A stretch of DNA of 57,125 nt, from contig JAGWWT010000005.1 in the NCBI GenBank assembly GCA_018970245.1, positions 1-57,125 on the forward strand, given 5' to 3'. Each line of letters starts with the position of its first letter. Positions within the stretch are counted from its first letter, which is position 1. Under the pieces are notes generated by a model. That model did not search any database. It had not been told where the DNA came from and saw nothing but the letters and a program-made list of their open reading frames with translations. Made by a program: the position numbers and the translations under genes. Below, in pieces: positions 1 through 8,690 of the stretch. The stretch comes from Patescibacteria group bacterium (GTDB lineage: Bacteria > Patescibacteriota > Minisyncoccia > Phycocordibacterales > PALSA-1337).

Positions 1-143
1 GCTGTGACGATGAATCCAGACGGCACGCGCACGCCCTTCTCCTTCAGGTCCCTGATCATCTCGCCGAGCGATGCATTCTTGCCGCCGACTTCGCCGACAT
101 CGGCGATCGTGACGGATTCCATGGGTAAGGTGAGAGGGTTCAT
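1..143 (-). CDS. ppsA: Phosphoenolpyruvate synthase / PEP-utilising enzyme, N-terminal fragment (gene continues past the window start)
   Basis: Hand translation of the minus strand from ATG 143-141 gives MNPLTLPMESVTIADVGEVGGKNASLGEMIRDLKEKGVRVPSGFIVT. 'VGGKNASLGEM' is the conserved N-terminal motif of PpsA-type enzymes. It is absent from the ORF track because it runs off the window. An alternative start is at 122. Confidence 0.75.
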   Translation of the reverse strand, partial: MNPLTLPMESVTIADVGEVGGKNASLGEMIRDLKEKGVRVPSGFIVT

Positions 144-218
144 AGATTAAGAGATTAAATATTAAATATTAAAAATAAAAAATTAAAAATAAAAAATTAA
201 AGATAAAAAATTAAATAT
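144..218. repeat. Almost pure A/T word array (AAATATTAAA / AAAAATAAAA units). It is the inverted partner of 604-687.
   Basis: The sequence reads agattaagagattaaatattaaatattaaaaataaaaaattaaaaataaaaaattaaagataaaaaattaaatat. The reverse complement of 604-687 uses the same words. Confidence 0.8.
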
Positions 219-603
219 CATGCGGTCGGCGTTTTCCTTTGAGCGTCAGCAGGCTCGATGCGAATATCTTGGAGATCTCCGTCAGCTCCTTCAAAAGCCA
301 CGAGGCTTCTTTAGGGTCCCCCTTTCCCGTGTCTCTCAAAAGAGCGATCCAGACTTTCGATTCGTTCGCAGACTTCAGCGAATAGGAGAAAAAATTTATC
401 AGATCTTTTCTGGAGCTTGCGGAAAGCCCCTCTACATAATTCGCCAGAATGCTCGTACCGCTCCGCAGCAATTGTCTGCTTATTATATCAGATGCCGCAT
501 CTTTTTTTAATTTGCTTGCGAATCTCACGGTTTTTAAGACCCAAGAATATAGGCGTTTTTTGAATTCTGCCTTCGACCCGCTTTTATCTGCCCCATCTCT
601 CAT
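211..603 (-). CDS. Four-helix-bundle protein (23S rRNA intervening-sequence protein / Avd-like family)
   Basis: The 130-aa ORF carries family-typical segments 'ISRQLLRSGTSILANYVEG', 'FFSYSLKSANES' and 'WLLKELTEISKIFASS'. It is small, helical and basic. Confidence 0.7.
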   Translation of the reverse strand: MRDGADKSGSKAEFKKRLYSWVLKTVRFASKLKKDAASDIISRQLLRSGTSILANYVEGLSASSRKDLINFFSYSLKSANESKVWIALLRDTGKGDPKEASWLLKELTEISKIFASSLLTLKGKRRPHDI

Positions 604-687
604 GTTTCATTTTTCATTTTTTATTTTTAATATTTAATTTTTTATTTTTAATATTTAATTTTTCATTTTTAATATTTAATTTTTCAC
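604..687. repeat. T-rich word array (TTTTCATTTTTAATATTTAAT units), inverted partner of 144-218
   Basis: The unit 'tttttaatatttaat' occurs four times. The reverse complement reads as AAATATTAAAAA words like the left flank. Confidence 0.8.
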
Positions 688-2046
688 TTATTTCTTCTCC
701 GCCAGCGCCATCAAGAGGTCCGATACGTTCGATCCAGTATCTCCAGTTTCGATGAGGCCGTCACCGAGCGTCTCGAAGAAAGTCGACGAATCGTTCCTAG
801 CGGCGAAATCGGCAAGGTCGAGCTTTTTCGACCGGGCTACCTCGAGCACGTTCGCGTCGGCGATCGCTCCGGCATGTGGCCCATTGTCGCGGCCGTCTGA
901 GGCGAGCGAGATCACGAGCCGGCCGCTTTTGACATGCGGCAGAGCCGAAAGCGCGACTTGCTGGTTGCGGCCGCCTTTGCCGCCCTTGCCGTCTATCGTC
1001 ACCGTGGTCTCGCCGCAGTAGAGGATGACGGTTCCCGGAGCGGCCGAATCGATATCGGCGGCCAGAGCCGGACCGACTTCGGAGGCTTCGCCTGTCAGGC
1101 ACGAATTCTGTATGACGGCCGAGTATCCGAGCTCGATGGCTTTTTCCTTCATGGCGTTGAGGGCCGTGGCATTGGAGAGGGCCAGCACATTGCTCGCACG
1201 AGAGAAGAATTCATCGTCCTTAGGCGTTTCCGTCAGGCATTCCTTGTCCAGATCCAATCCATATCGCCGCATGATATCCTCGGCGTCTTTGACGGTGGTC
1301 AGATCCTTGACCGTCGGGCCAGAGGCGATGAATTCCAGGTCGTTGCCTGGCACATCCGAGAAGATGATGGAGATGGCTCTAGCCGGATGGGCAGCTGCGG
1401 CCAAGAATCCGCCTCTGGCGAGCGACATGTGCTTGCGCAGCGTGTTTATCTCCTGGATCGAAGCGCCGCTCTTGAATAGGCCTTTCAAAGCCGCGGCTTC
1501 CTTGGCGACGAGCTCGTCCATGCGCTCGGCCACGCAAGGAGGCTGGACCAGAAGAGTCGATCCGCCGCCGGATATGAGGAAAAGGACCGTGTCGTTGGCG
1601 GTGAGGCCGTGGAGCTCTTTCAAGAGCGCGCCGGTGCCTTTCACGTTATCGGGCGACGGCATCGGATGCGTGCCTTGGTAGTACCGTATATTCCCGGCGT
1701 CCTTTCCCGGGCCAACGCCGAGGGCTGCCCCGGAATCGATGCGTCCGCCGAGGATGCGGTCGAATACGGCCGCTCCTTCCGCGGCGCATTTGCCCACCAG
1801 GATGGCGATCAGGCGGCCGCCGCGCTCGAGCGGATATGACTTGTTGCCGATATGGAGCCTGTCGCCCTCGATCTTCAATATCCTGTCTAGGACAGCGGCG
1901 GTGTCGATCGACCGCAGGCCGGCTTCGGCTATGAGCAATGCGTCCTTACGCGCTGGCGTTGTCGCCAGCTCCTCGAGATTCCTTATCTTCACGCGCGTAT
2001 TGTACCGCGCCGATGCGCAGCAGTCATCCACAGCTCTGGCGAGCAT
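688..2046 (-). CDS. Glycerate 2-kinase / hydroxypyruvate reductase-like (DUF4147 + MOFRL family)
   Basis: The 452-aa ORF has N-terminal 'ARKDALLIAEAGLRSID', central 'LFLISGGGSTLL', and the C-terminal MOFRL-type segment 'SLASDGRDNGPHAGAIAD...TGDTGSNVSDLLMAL'. Confidence 0.8.
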   Translation of the reverse strand: MLARAVDDCCASARYNTRVKIRNLEELATTPARKDALLIAEAGLRSIDTAAVLDRILKIEGDRLHIGNKSYPLERGGRLIAILVGKCAAEGAAVFDRILGGRIDSGAALGVGPGKDAGNIRYYQGTHPMPSPDNVKGTGALLKELHGLTANDTVLFLISGGGSTLLVQPPCVAERMDELVAKEAAALKGLFKSGASIQEINTLRKHMSLARGGFLAAAAHPARAISIIFSDVPGNDLEFIASGPTVKDLTTVKDAEDIMRRYGLDLDKECLTETPKDDEFFSRASNVLALSNATALNAMKEKAIELGYSAVIQNSCLTGEASEVGPALAADIDSAAPGTVILYCGETTVTIDGKGGKGGRNQQVALSALPHVKSGRLVISLASDGRDNGPHAGAIADANVLEVARSKKLDLADFAARNDSSTFFETLGDGLIETGDTGSNVSDLLMALAEKK

Positions 2047-2060
2047 GGCCGCGGGCGTGT

Positions 2061-2069
2061 TGGTATAAT
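2061..2069 (+). promoter_or_regulatory. Extended -10 promoter element TGgTATAAT
   Basis: 'tggtataat' ends 7 nt before the ATG at 2076. No Shine-Dalgarno sequence is present, which implies a leaderless or near-leaderless mRNA. Confidence 0.5.
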
Positions 2070-2075
2070 CCGAGC

Positions 2076-3011
2076 ATGGTCAAGGCCTCTCCAAAAGACT
2101 TCTTCCTCCATCTTGGGGCGACTATAGCCCTGTACGCTGGCGCTATCGCTCTCATCAACCTAGCCTTCACGATCTTGAACAAGCTCTTTCCCGACGCCCT
2201 CAATCCCTACTGGAACGCCGGCTCCGTCATCTGGCCGATCTCGATGCTCATCGTCCTTGTTCCGGTCCTCTATGCCATCGAATGGGCGATAGGCCGCGAC
2301 ATACAGCGCATGCCGGAAAAAAGGGAAGTCGGCGTCCGCCGATGGAGGATCTATCTTACCCTCTTCCTTACCGGCGCGACCATCGCCGGCGATCTGGTCT
2401 ATCTCATCAACACTTATCTCAATGGCGAGATCACGGCCAGGTTCGTCCTCAAGGTCCTGGTCATCCTCGTCGTATGCGCGGTCATATTCTCTTATTACAT
2501 CCTGTCCAAGAATGGGAGCGCGCGGAATGGCATCCTCGCCGAGAATGGGAGCGCGCGGAATGGCGGCGCCCGGAAGTGGCTTGTCGCCCTGGCTTGGACG
2601 GGAGCCGTGCTCATCCTGGCGGCGATCGTCGGCGGCTTCCTCATCGTGGGTTCGCCGGGCCAGCAGAGGGCGGAGAGGTTCGACGCTCAGAGGATCGCTG
2701 ACCTGCAGAATCTGCAGAACGAGATAATGGCATATGCGCAGAGGGCCGGATCTCTGCCGCCAAACCTGCAAGCGCTCGCTGCGGGGCAATACGGCCAGCC
2801 AAACGCTCAGCCATACGGGTATAAGGCGCCGGTCGATCCAGAGACCGCGGCGCCGTATGGGTATTCGGTGACGAGCAGCACCACGTTCGAGGTGTGCGCG
2901 GATTTCAGCACTGACGATAGCGGAGGAGATCTAGGAGGAAATCTAGATTGGCGTCATCCTGCTGGACATCATTGCTTCGAGAGAGCATTCATTGCTCCTC
3001 CAGTAAAATAG
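2076..3011 (+). CDS. DUF5671-type multi-pass membrane protein
   Basis: The start was moved to the internal ATG 'MVKASPKDFFLHLGATIALY', the typical DUF5671 N-terminus, because the longer ORF from 1938 overlaps the glycerate kinase gene. It has several hydrophobic helices and an internal 21-bp direct repeat (NGSARNG x2, 2511-2564). Confidence 0.7.
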   Translation: MVKASPKDFFLHLGATIALYAGAIALINLAFTILNKLFPDALNPYWNAGSVIWPISMLIVLVPVLYAIEWAIGRDIQRMPEKREVGVRRWRIYLTLFLTGATIAGDLVYLINTYLNGEITARFVLKVLVILVVCAVIFSYYILSKNGSARNGILAENGSARNGGARKWLVALAWTGAVLILAAIVGGFLIVGSPGQQRAERFDAQRIADLQNLQNEIMAYAQRAGSLPPNLQALAAGQYGQPNAQPYGYKAPVDPETAAPYGYSVTSSTTFEVCADFSTDDSGGDLGGNLDWRHPAGHHCFERAFIAPPVK

Positions 3012-3025
3012 AGCCGAGAGCAGCG

Positions 3026-3174
3026 AGAGCAGTGAGAGCGCCGAGGGTAGAGAGCCTCATATATAGATCTGATCGAAACGTCGATCTGGTCCCTCGTGTG
3101 TTGTAATTTTTCTGCGGGACGGCTCAACTAAGCCGTTGATTTTGTCATGGAAATGGATTTCCGTAAATGAAAAA
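3026..3174 (+). repeat. Copy A of a ~120-150-bp repeated element (inverted partner at 12193-12366)
   Basis: The hand-aligned core 3057-3174 versus the reverse complement of 12193-12309 shows about 5 mismatches in ~118 bp. It contains hairpins gatcga-aacg-tcgatc, acggct-caacta-agccgt and ggaaa-tgga-tttcc. Confidence 0.85.
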
Positions 3175-3223
3175 AGCATTGCGCTAGAGCCGGTTGAGCG
3201 TACGGCCGTTCAGCAGTTTATGC

Positions 3224-3273
3224 GCCGAACTGTGGCTGAATGTGTGCCGAACTGTGGCTGAATGTCTGAATGT
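3224..3273. repeat. 22-bp tandem repeat, about 2.4 copies (gccgaactgtggctgaatgt)
   Basis: Identical 20-mers sit at 3224-3243 and 3246-3265, followed by a partial 'ctgaatgt'. A gtcgacgcc word run follows at 3281-3307. Confidence 0.8.
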
Positions 3274-3420
3274 CTTTTGGTCGACGTCGTCGACGCCGTC
3301 GACGCCGTTGCTGCCGCCAGAATAAAATGCTAAGATTGATCCATCGACGGCCCCCGCCGTTTTTATTTATTAAGCTTTTTATCGAGCTGGCCTCATCAAG
3401 CTCGGCTCTGAAAAAACCAC

Positions 3421-4836
3421 ATGACTCTGGGAAAAAAGACAAAGATAGTCTGCACGATCGGTCCCGCCACTGAGAGCGCCGAGATGCTCGCCAAGCTCGT
3501 CGACGCCGGCATGAATGTCATCCGCTTGAACTTCTCTCACGGCGATTTCGCCGAGCACCAAAAGCGCGTCGACAACATCCGCGCCGTCTCCAAGAAGTCC
3601 GGCAAAGTCGTCGCCATCCTCCAGGATCTCTGCGGCCCCAAGATCCGCATCGGCACCTTCAAGTCAGGCAAGATAGTCCTCAAGGAAGGGCAGGGATTCA
3701 CTCTCACCGCTGATCCGTGCGAAGGAGACGAGACCCGGGTGAGCGTCAACTACCCCCAGCTCCCTCGAGAAGTCGCTCCCGGCCACATGATCATGCTCCG
3801 CGACGGCACCAGGAAGCTCGAAGTCCTCGAGGTCAAAGGCAACGACATCCGGACCAAGGTCATAGTCGGCGGCGAGCTGGCCGGCTACAAGGGCGTCAAT
3901 GTCCCGGGCGCCAACCTCTCCGTGAGCTCGATCACCGAAAAAGACCGGAAAGACTTGGAATTCGGCCTGAAGAACAAAGTCGATTTCGTGGCGCTCTCAT
4001 TCGTGCGCAGGGCTTCAGACATCGCCGAGCTCCGAGGCCTCCTCGACAAAGCCGGATCGAAGGCCCATATCATCGCCAAGATCGAGACTCCCCAGGCCGT
4101 GGCTTGCATAGACGAGATCATAGCCGCCGCTGACGGCATCATGGTGGCCCGCGGCGACCTCGCCATCGAGATCCCGACCGAAGAGGTGCCGCTCACCCAG
4201 AAGGCGCTCATAAAGAAGTGCAATGCCGCCGGCAAGCCGGTCATCACGGCCACGCAGATGCTCGAATCGATGATCCGCAACCCAGTGCCCACCCGCGCTG
4301 AAGTCTCCGACATAGCCAACGCCATCATCGACGGCACGGATGCCATCATGCTGTCCGAAGAGACGACCTTGGGAGACTATCCAGTCCAGGCAGTCGAGAT
4401 GATGTCCAAAGTCGCCAACACCGTAGAGGCCGAATCCGGAACGCCAGGCAAGATCCGCGAATATGACACCGACCATGGCGTCACAGACGTCGTCTCTCGA
4501 TCCGCCGTCCGCGCCGCCCAGAGCGTTGGCGCCAAGCTCATCGTCGCGCTGACCCGTTCCGGCCGGACCGCCCGGATGATCGCCCGCTACCGCCCTGCCG
4601 AGCAGATCCTAGCCCTCTCCGATGCGCCCGATAATATCGCCAAGCTGGCAGTGACCTACGGCGCTTATCCTATGGTCGCGCCCACGTTCAAGACCGTCGA
4701 CGAGATCATGGAGATCGTCCGCCGGACGGCTCTCGACAACAAGCTCGCCAGGAAGGGAAGCAAGGTCGTCATCGCCGCCGGCATGCCGTTCGGCTCGGCC
4801 AAGGAGACCAACTTCATCCTCGTCGAGACGCTTTGA
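3421..4836 (+). CDS. pyk: Pyruvate kinase
   Basis: The 471-aa ORF has 'KTKIVCTIGPAT', 'MNVIRLNFSHGD', 'IIAKIETPQAV' and 'IMVARGDLAIEIP', which are canonical Pyk motifs. Confidence 0.95.
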   Translation: MTLGKKTKIVCTIGPATESAEMLAKLVDAGMNVIRLNFSHGDFAEHQKRVDNIRAVSKKSGKVVAILQDLCGPKIRIGTFKSGKIVLKEGQGFTLTADPCEGDETRVSVNYPQLPREVAPGHMIMLRDGTRKLEVLEVKGNDIRTKVIVGGELAGYKGVNVPGANLSVSSITEKDRKDLEFGLKNKVDFVALSFVRRASDIAELRGLLDKAGSKAHIIAKIETPQAVACIDEIIAAADGIMVARGDLAIEIPTEEVPLTQKALIKKCNAAGKPVITATQMLESMIRNPVPTRAEVSDIANAIIDGTDAIMLSEETTLGDYPVQAVEMMSKVANTVEAESGTPGKIREYDTDHGVTDVVSRSAVRAAQSVGAKLIVALTRSGRTARMIARYRPAEQILALSDAPDNIAKLAVTYGAYPMVAPTFKTVDEIMEIVRRTALDNKLARKGSKVVIAAGMPFGSAKETNFILVETL

Positions 4837-4858
4837 CACGTTATGGTACAATCATGGC

Positions 4859-5614
4859 ATGGCCGCATCATATTCGATCGAATCCCCTTACTATCTTTCG
4901 TCCGCTTCTAAGCTGACATACAACGGCAAGAGCTTTTCTGGCTATCGCGGCATCCTCAAAGAGACGCCTGCTTCCGAACGCCCGCGCGAGAAGCTCCTGG
5001 CCCATGGCCCGGAGGCTCTTTCCACGCGCGAGCTCGCCATCCTCCTTCTCATCACCGGGACCAGCAAGGAGAGCGTCGTCGAGATGACGGAGCGCATCGT
5101 CAAGGCTTACGGCGAGAAGAGCATATTCGAAGAGAGGGACCCGGCGAAGCTGTCGGAGGATCTCGGCATCCCTATAGCCAAAGCCTGCCAGATCGTGGCA
5201 GTCGGGGAGATCGGCCGTCGGACCTTCGACAAGAGCAAGACCGCCTCGCCGACCATCAAGAGCGCCAAGGACGTATACGAATACCTGGCCGACATGCGCA
5301 ATCTCCCGAAGGAGCATCTCCGCGCGCTCTACCTCAATGTCCACGGCCGCATCCTCAAGGACCAGGTCCTTTCGATCGGCACAGTCGATTCTCACATGAT
5401 CACGCCGCGCGACGTCTTCAACCCGGCTATCGACCTCATGGCCGTGGCCGTCATCCTCGCCCACAACCATCCCGGCGGCGAGCTTGCGCCATCCGAAGCG
5501 GATGTTAAAATGACCGAGCAGCTTGTCCAGGCAGGGAAGATCCTGGGCATCCCGATACTCGATCACGTCATCATCGCGAAAGACGGGTTCACTAGCATAA
5601 AAGCCAATTATTAG
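4859..5614 (+). CDS. radC: RadC-like JAB-domain protein
   Basis: It has 'ERPREKLLAHGPEALSTRELAILL' (HhH region) and the JAMM motif 'ILAHNHPGGELAPSEADVKMT'. The true start may be internal. Confidence 0.85.
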   Translation: MAASYSIESPYYLSSASKLTYNGKSFSGYRGILKETPASERPREKLLAHGPEALSTRELAILLLITGTSKESVVEMTERIVKAYGEKSIFEERDPAKLSEDLGIPIAKACQIVAVGEIGRRTFDKSKTASPTIKSAKDVYEYLADMRNLPKEHLRALYLNVHGRILKDQVLSIGTVDSHMITPRDVFNPAIDLMAVAVILAHNHPGGELAPSEADVKMTEQLVQAGKILGIPILDHVIIAKDGFTSIKANY

Positions 5615-5619
5615 CGGAA

Positions 5620-5961
5620 ATGACAGGAGATTACCGCATATTGTCGCCCTCGCTCGAGGGGGTGCTTTCAGGTTTCGCGCTCACATATGAAGGCTTGAAG
5701 AGGCCCATCGAAGTGCTGCAGCTCTTCGAAGGCCCAGCTTGCCGCGGCGCCGACGGATGCCAGCCCAGGCCCGAAGCGGCCGGACCGGGCAAGCAGAAGG
5801 TGCTCGAGAGATATTTCGACGACCTCTATCGCGTCTTCATGAAGAGGCTGTCGTACTTCGTGGTCGGGATCGATACGGATCCAGGGGAGACGGTCCGCCT
5901 CCAGGCCATGCTCCAGGAGATGATCAAGATAAAAGGATTCATGTCCAGGACCGGCCTCTGA
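5620..5961 (+). CDS. Hypothetical protein (113 aa)
   Basis: This frame shows strong G/C at third codon positions, like neighbouring real genes, and it fits tightly between radC and murD. I recognise no motif. Confidence 0.45.
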   Translation: MTGDYRILSPSLEGVLSGFALTYEGLKRPIEVLQLFEGPACRGADGCQPRPEAAGPGKQKVLERYFDDLYRVFMKRLSYFVVGIDTDPGETVRLQAMLQEMIKIKGFMSRTGL

Positions 5962-5997
5962 TTGGCGCTGCGCGCGCGTTGCTGTATACTCACTTTC

Positions 5998-7335
5998 ATG
6001 ACGGCGCGCGAATTCTGGAAGGGAAAAAGGGTCGCGATCATAGGCCTCGGTCCCCATGGCGAGATGGCCGAAGATGCGGAATCCATGATAAAGGCGGGCG
6101 CCTGGGTCAGCATCTACGATCTCAAGAGCGAGGCGCGCCTGAAGAGCCAGCTCATATTCTTGCGCTCCGAAGGCTTGGCGAATTATGTCTGCGGATCCAT
6201 TCCCGCCGACGACCTTCCGGACAACGACCTCATCATCCTCTCGCATGAATATCCGCGGGACTCGAGCTTCCTCAAAGCGGTGCTCGAGAAGGGCGTCCCC
6301 GTCGAGTATCCGGAGACCTTCTTCTTCAAGAAGGCGCCGCCAGTCACGGTGATTGGAGTCATGGGAGACAGCGGCAAGTCCACCGTCGTCTCCATGCTCT
6401 CCCCGATGCTCGAATCGATCTGCAAGGCCGAAGGCCAGGGATTCTTCGTCATCGACCCCGAGTCGGGCGAGGGCATCATCTCCAAGCTGAAGAAGGCCAA
6501 GAATGGCGATCTGGTGCTCATGCGCATCACAGGAGAGATGATGCGCGAGCTCCATTCTATCCGCATCAGCCCGCAAGTGGCTGTGTTCACGACCGTGCCT
6601 GGCCCCGGGTGCTATGATTCTTCGCCATTCGAGATCCTGGAATTCCAGACGTACAACAACTTCATCATCGCCTCCGACGAGGTGATCGACGCGACGCGCC
6701 GATACAAGGATCTGCCGCGGGCCAAGATGCTCCGGACCAAGGCGTCCATCATCCCGCCGGAATGGGACCTGCCGAACCTTTCAGGCGGAGCGCAGAGCCA
6801 TAACAGGGAGAACGCCGCCCTGGTCTTGCAGGCGGCGCGGCTTTTCAAAGTGGATGACGAGCTGGCGCATCGCCTCCTCGCCAAATGGAAGCCTCTGCCA
6901 GGCCGGCTGCAGGCCATAAAGAAGGTCAAGGGCGTGGGATTCTACAACGATTCGGCCTCGGTCAATCCGAACTCGACCATCAGGGCTCTCGAGCTGCTCT
7001 CGTCTGAAGACCCGCAAAAGAATGTCATCCTCGTCCTCGGCGGGGCTGACGGCTCCCATGATTACCGCCTGCTCTACCCGGCTCTCGCCGACCGGGTCGG
7101 CACGATCGTCCTCTTGCCTGGCAGCGGGACAGCGAAGGAAAGGCAGCGCCTGCACGCTCTCGAAGGCATCCAGGTCATCTCGGCTCCGTCCATAGAAGAG
7201 GCCGCGCGTCTGGCGATGGAGAACGCCAAGAAAGGCGACCGGGTCCTGTTCAGCCCCGGCTTCCCGGCCATCGGTTTGGCGGCTTCTCGCAAAGAAAGGG
7301 GAGAGAGATTCGTAAAAGCCGTCCGCTCCCTCTAA
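5998..7335 (+). CDS. murD: UDP-N-acetylmuramoyl-L-alanine--D-glutamate ligase
   Basis: It has the N-terminal Rossmann segment 'KRVAIIGLGPHG', the P-loop 'VIGVMGDSGKSTV' and the C-terminal 'FYNDSASVNPNSTIRAL'. The start was set at internal ATG 5998 (MTAREFWKGK). Confidence 0.85.
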   Translation: MTAREFWKGKRVAIIGLGPHGEMAEDAESMIKAGAWVSIYDLKSEARLKSQLIFLRSEGLANYVCGSIPADDLPDNDLIILSHEYPRDSSFLKAVLEKGVPVEYPETFFFKKAPPVTVIGVMGDSGKSTVVSMLSPMLESICKAEGQGFFVIDPESGEGIISKLKKAKNGDLVLMRITGEMMRELHSIRISPQVAVFTTVPGPGCYDSSPFEILEFQTYNNFIIASDEVIDATRRYKDLPRAKMLRTKASIIPPEWDLPNLSGGAQSHNRENAALVLQAARLFKVDDELAHRLLAKWKPLPGRLQAIKKVKGVGFYNDSASVNPNSTIRALELLSSEDPQKNVILVLGGADGSHDYRLLYPALADRVGTIVLLPGSGTAKERQRLHALEGIQVISAPSIEEAARLAMENAKKGDRVLFSPGFPAIGLAASRKERGERFVKAVRSL

Positions 7336-7386
7336 TATCTAATCTCTAATATCTAATCTCTACTCTCCCCCCTCTAATCTCCCCCC
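7331..7386. repeat. Word array (tctaatatctaatctc units) between the convergent murD and PLP-enzyme genes
   Basis: The sequence is tctaatatctaatctctaatatctaatctctactctcccccctctaatctcccccc. It overlaps both stop codons. Confidence 0.75.
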
Positions 7387-8339
7387 AGAATGCACACCAC
7401 CGCCCCATCTATCTCCCATCCGCGGTAGGCGGCTTGCATGGCGCCGGCTACGGAAAGGGCGCTGTTCGTAGAGATCGAAAGGCCGGTGTGCTTCTTGGCG
7501 AGCTCTTGCGCCGCAGCGATGTCGTCATTCGACACGGTCCAGCCGTGGCCGCCTGATCTCTCGATCAGAGGCACGAGCGCCGGCTTTCGGACGGCTGTTT
7601 TGTCTATGATCGCGTCAGCGACGGATGGCTCGTCCGGCCCGTCATATCCCTCGAACGCATCGGACATGGGATGGCACGAAGAGGTCTGGACGATATGCAC
7701 CTGGACCTGCTTCGTCAGGCCTTTCTTCACGGCTTTGGTCGGAGGGATCGTCTGCGAGACGCGCGCTTCTCTATGCTCGGGGGAAGAGGCGAAGAATTGG
7801 GCCAAGGCCTGGGCCGTCGTCCCAGAAGAAGCGCCGATGAATACGGCTCCAAGGCCGACGATCTCGTTCAGCTCTTCAGCGAGCTCTTTGTAGCCGAGAA
7901 GGGCCGTGTCGTCCGTAGACTGCCTCAAGCTCTGAGCGCCTTCCTGGACGGCCTGCATGAGCGCTTGGAGCGGGCGTTCCTTCACGGACAGCCTGATGCG
8001 GCCGCCGCTCTCTTGGGCGATCTTCTTGAGCTTGTCTGTCTTGTGCTTTGCCGCATGCTGGCCGACGAATATGTCCAGTTCGAGCGGTCCCTCGACGGCC
8101 GAGCGCACGCCGCCGTCTGAATCGAGCTTTTGGACATGGAGGGCCGCCGCCAGAGCGGCATTGCCCGAGCCTGTTATGGCGAATCTGTCCTTGCCGGATT
8201 CGCGGTGATAATCGATCATCACGGGGATCGAGCGACCCTTATGGGAGCCATAAGGGTGCGTGTCTTCGCGCTTGAAATACAGCGCCGGAAAGCCGATGGC
8301 CTTTCCTAGCGCCGGGTATGGTTCATGTAGCGTGATCAT
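7374..8339 (-). CDS. Pyridoxal-phosphate-dependent enzyme, fold type II (threonine synthase / Trp-synthase-beta-like)
   Basis: It has 'LYFKREDTHPYGSHKGRS' (Schiff-base Lys context) and 'GASSGTTAQAL' (phosphate-binding loop position). The specific reaction is not assignable. Confidence 0.7.
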   Translation of the reverse strand: MITLHEPYPALGKAIGFPALYFKREDTHPYGSHKGRSIPVMIDYHRESGKDRFAITGSGNAALAAALHVQKLDSDGGVRSAVEGPLELDIFVGQHAAKHKTDKLKKIAQESGGRIRLSVKERPLQALMQAVQEGAQSLRQSTDDTALLGYKELAEELNEIVGLGAVFIGASSGTTAQALAQFFASSPEHREARVSQTIPPTKAVKKGLTKQVQVHIVQTSSCHPMSDAFEGYDGPDEPSVADAIIDKTAVRKPALVPLIERSGGHGWTVSNDDIAAAQELAKKHTGLSISTNSALSVAGAMQAAYRGWEIDGAVVCILGGD

Positions 8340-8393
8340 ATGGCCATATTGTGAACATTGTCATGCTAGCTCATTTCTAGTAGCATTGGAAGC

Positions 8394-8588
8394 ATGATAG
8401 AAAAACGTTCAGAATCAGCGGAGTCTCTTTGTGTCTGCCCAGAATGCAAGAACACCATAGACCTTTCGCGCTATCCCAATATCGCGCCCGGAATGGTCAT
8501 CGAATGCAACCATTGCGGCATGACCCTTCTTGTCAAAGGCATCGAGCAGGGGAACATCAAGACAGAGGTTGTCGATGAGGGGAAATAG
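8394..8588 (+). CDS. LysW-like zinc-ribbon protein (64 aa)
   Basis: The pattern CPEC-x17-CNHCG, followed by 'LLVKG' and an acidic tail 'EVVDEGK', matches LysW/ArgW carrier-protein architecture. The C-terminal residue is Lys, not the canonical Glu. Confidence 0.5.
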   Translation: MIEKRSESAESLCVCPECKNTIDLSRYPNIAPGMVIECNHCGMTLLVKGIEQGNIKTEVVDEGK

Positions 8589-8690
8589 TCGAAAGTCTGA
8601 AAGTCGAAAGTCCATAAAGTCTGACTTTCCGACTTTAAGGACTTTATGGACTTTATAGACTTTACGACTTTATGGACTTTATAGACTCCT
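8589..8690. repeat. Imperfect palindromic word array (GTCGAAAGTC / GACTTTATGG units)
   Basis: The left arm is gtcgaaagtctgaaagtcgaaagtccataaagtc. The right arm is gactttccgactttaaggactttatggactttatagactttacgactttatggactttatagac. It lies between convergent genes and extends into the mpl 3' end. Confidence 0.8.

Noticed and set aside
211-603. The four-helix-bundle protein considered as the Avd subunit of a diversity-generating retroelement.
   Set aside because: No reverse transcriptase gene and no template/variable repeat pair with adenine-specific differences is present nearby. The neighbours are ppsA and glycerate kinase. The family assignment alone is not evidence for a DGR.
1938-2075. The longer N-terminal extension of the DUF5671 gene, overlapping the glycerate kinase gene.
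   Set aside because: The extension is Arg/Pro/Ser-rich and overlaps the 5' end of the minus-strand gene. A TGgTATAAT box at 2061-2069 directly precedes the internal ATG at 2076, which begins the family-typical N-terminus.
8589-8690. The word-repeat arrays here, and at 10802-10888 and 54289-54382, considered as possible CRISPR arrays.
   Set aside because: The units are only 10-12 nt, are directly abutting or inverted, and have no unique spacers of 25-40 nt. No cas genes are present. The arrays are palindromic overall, which fits REP or terminator-like elements instead.
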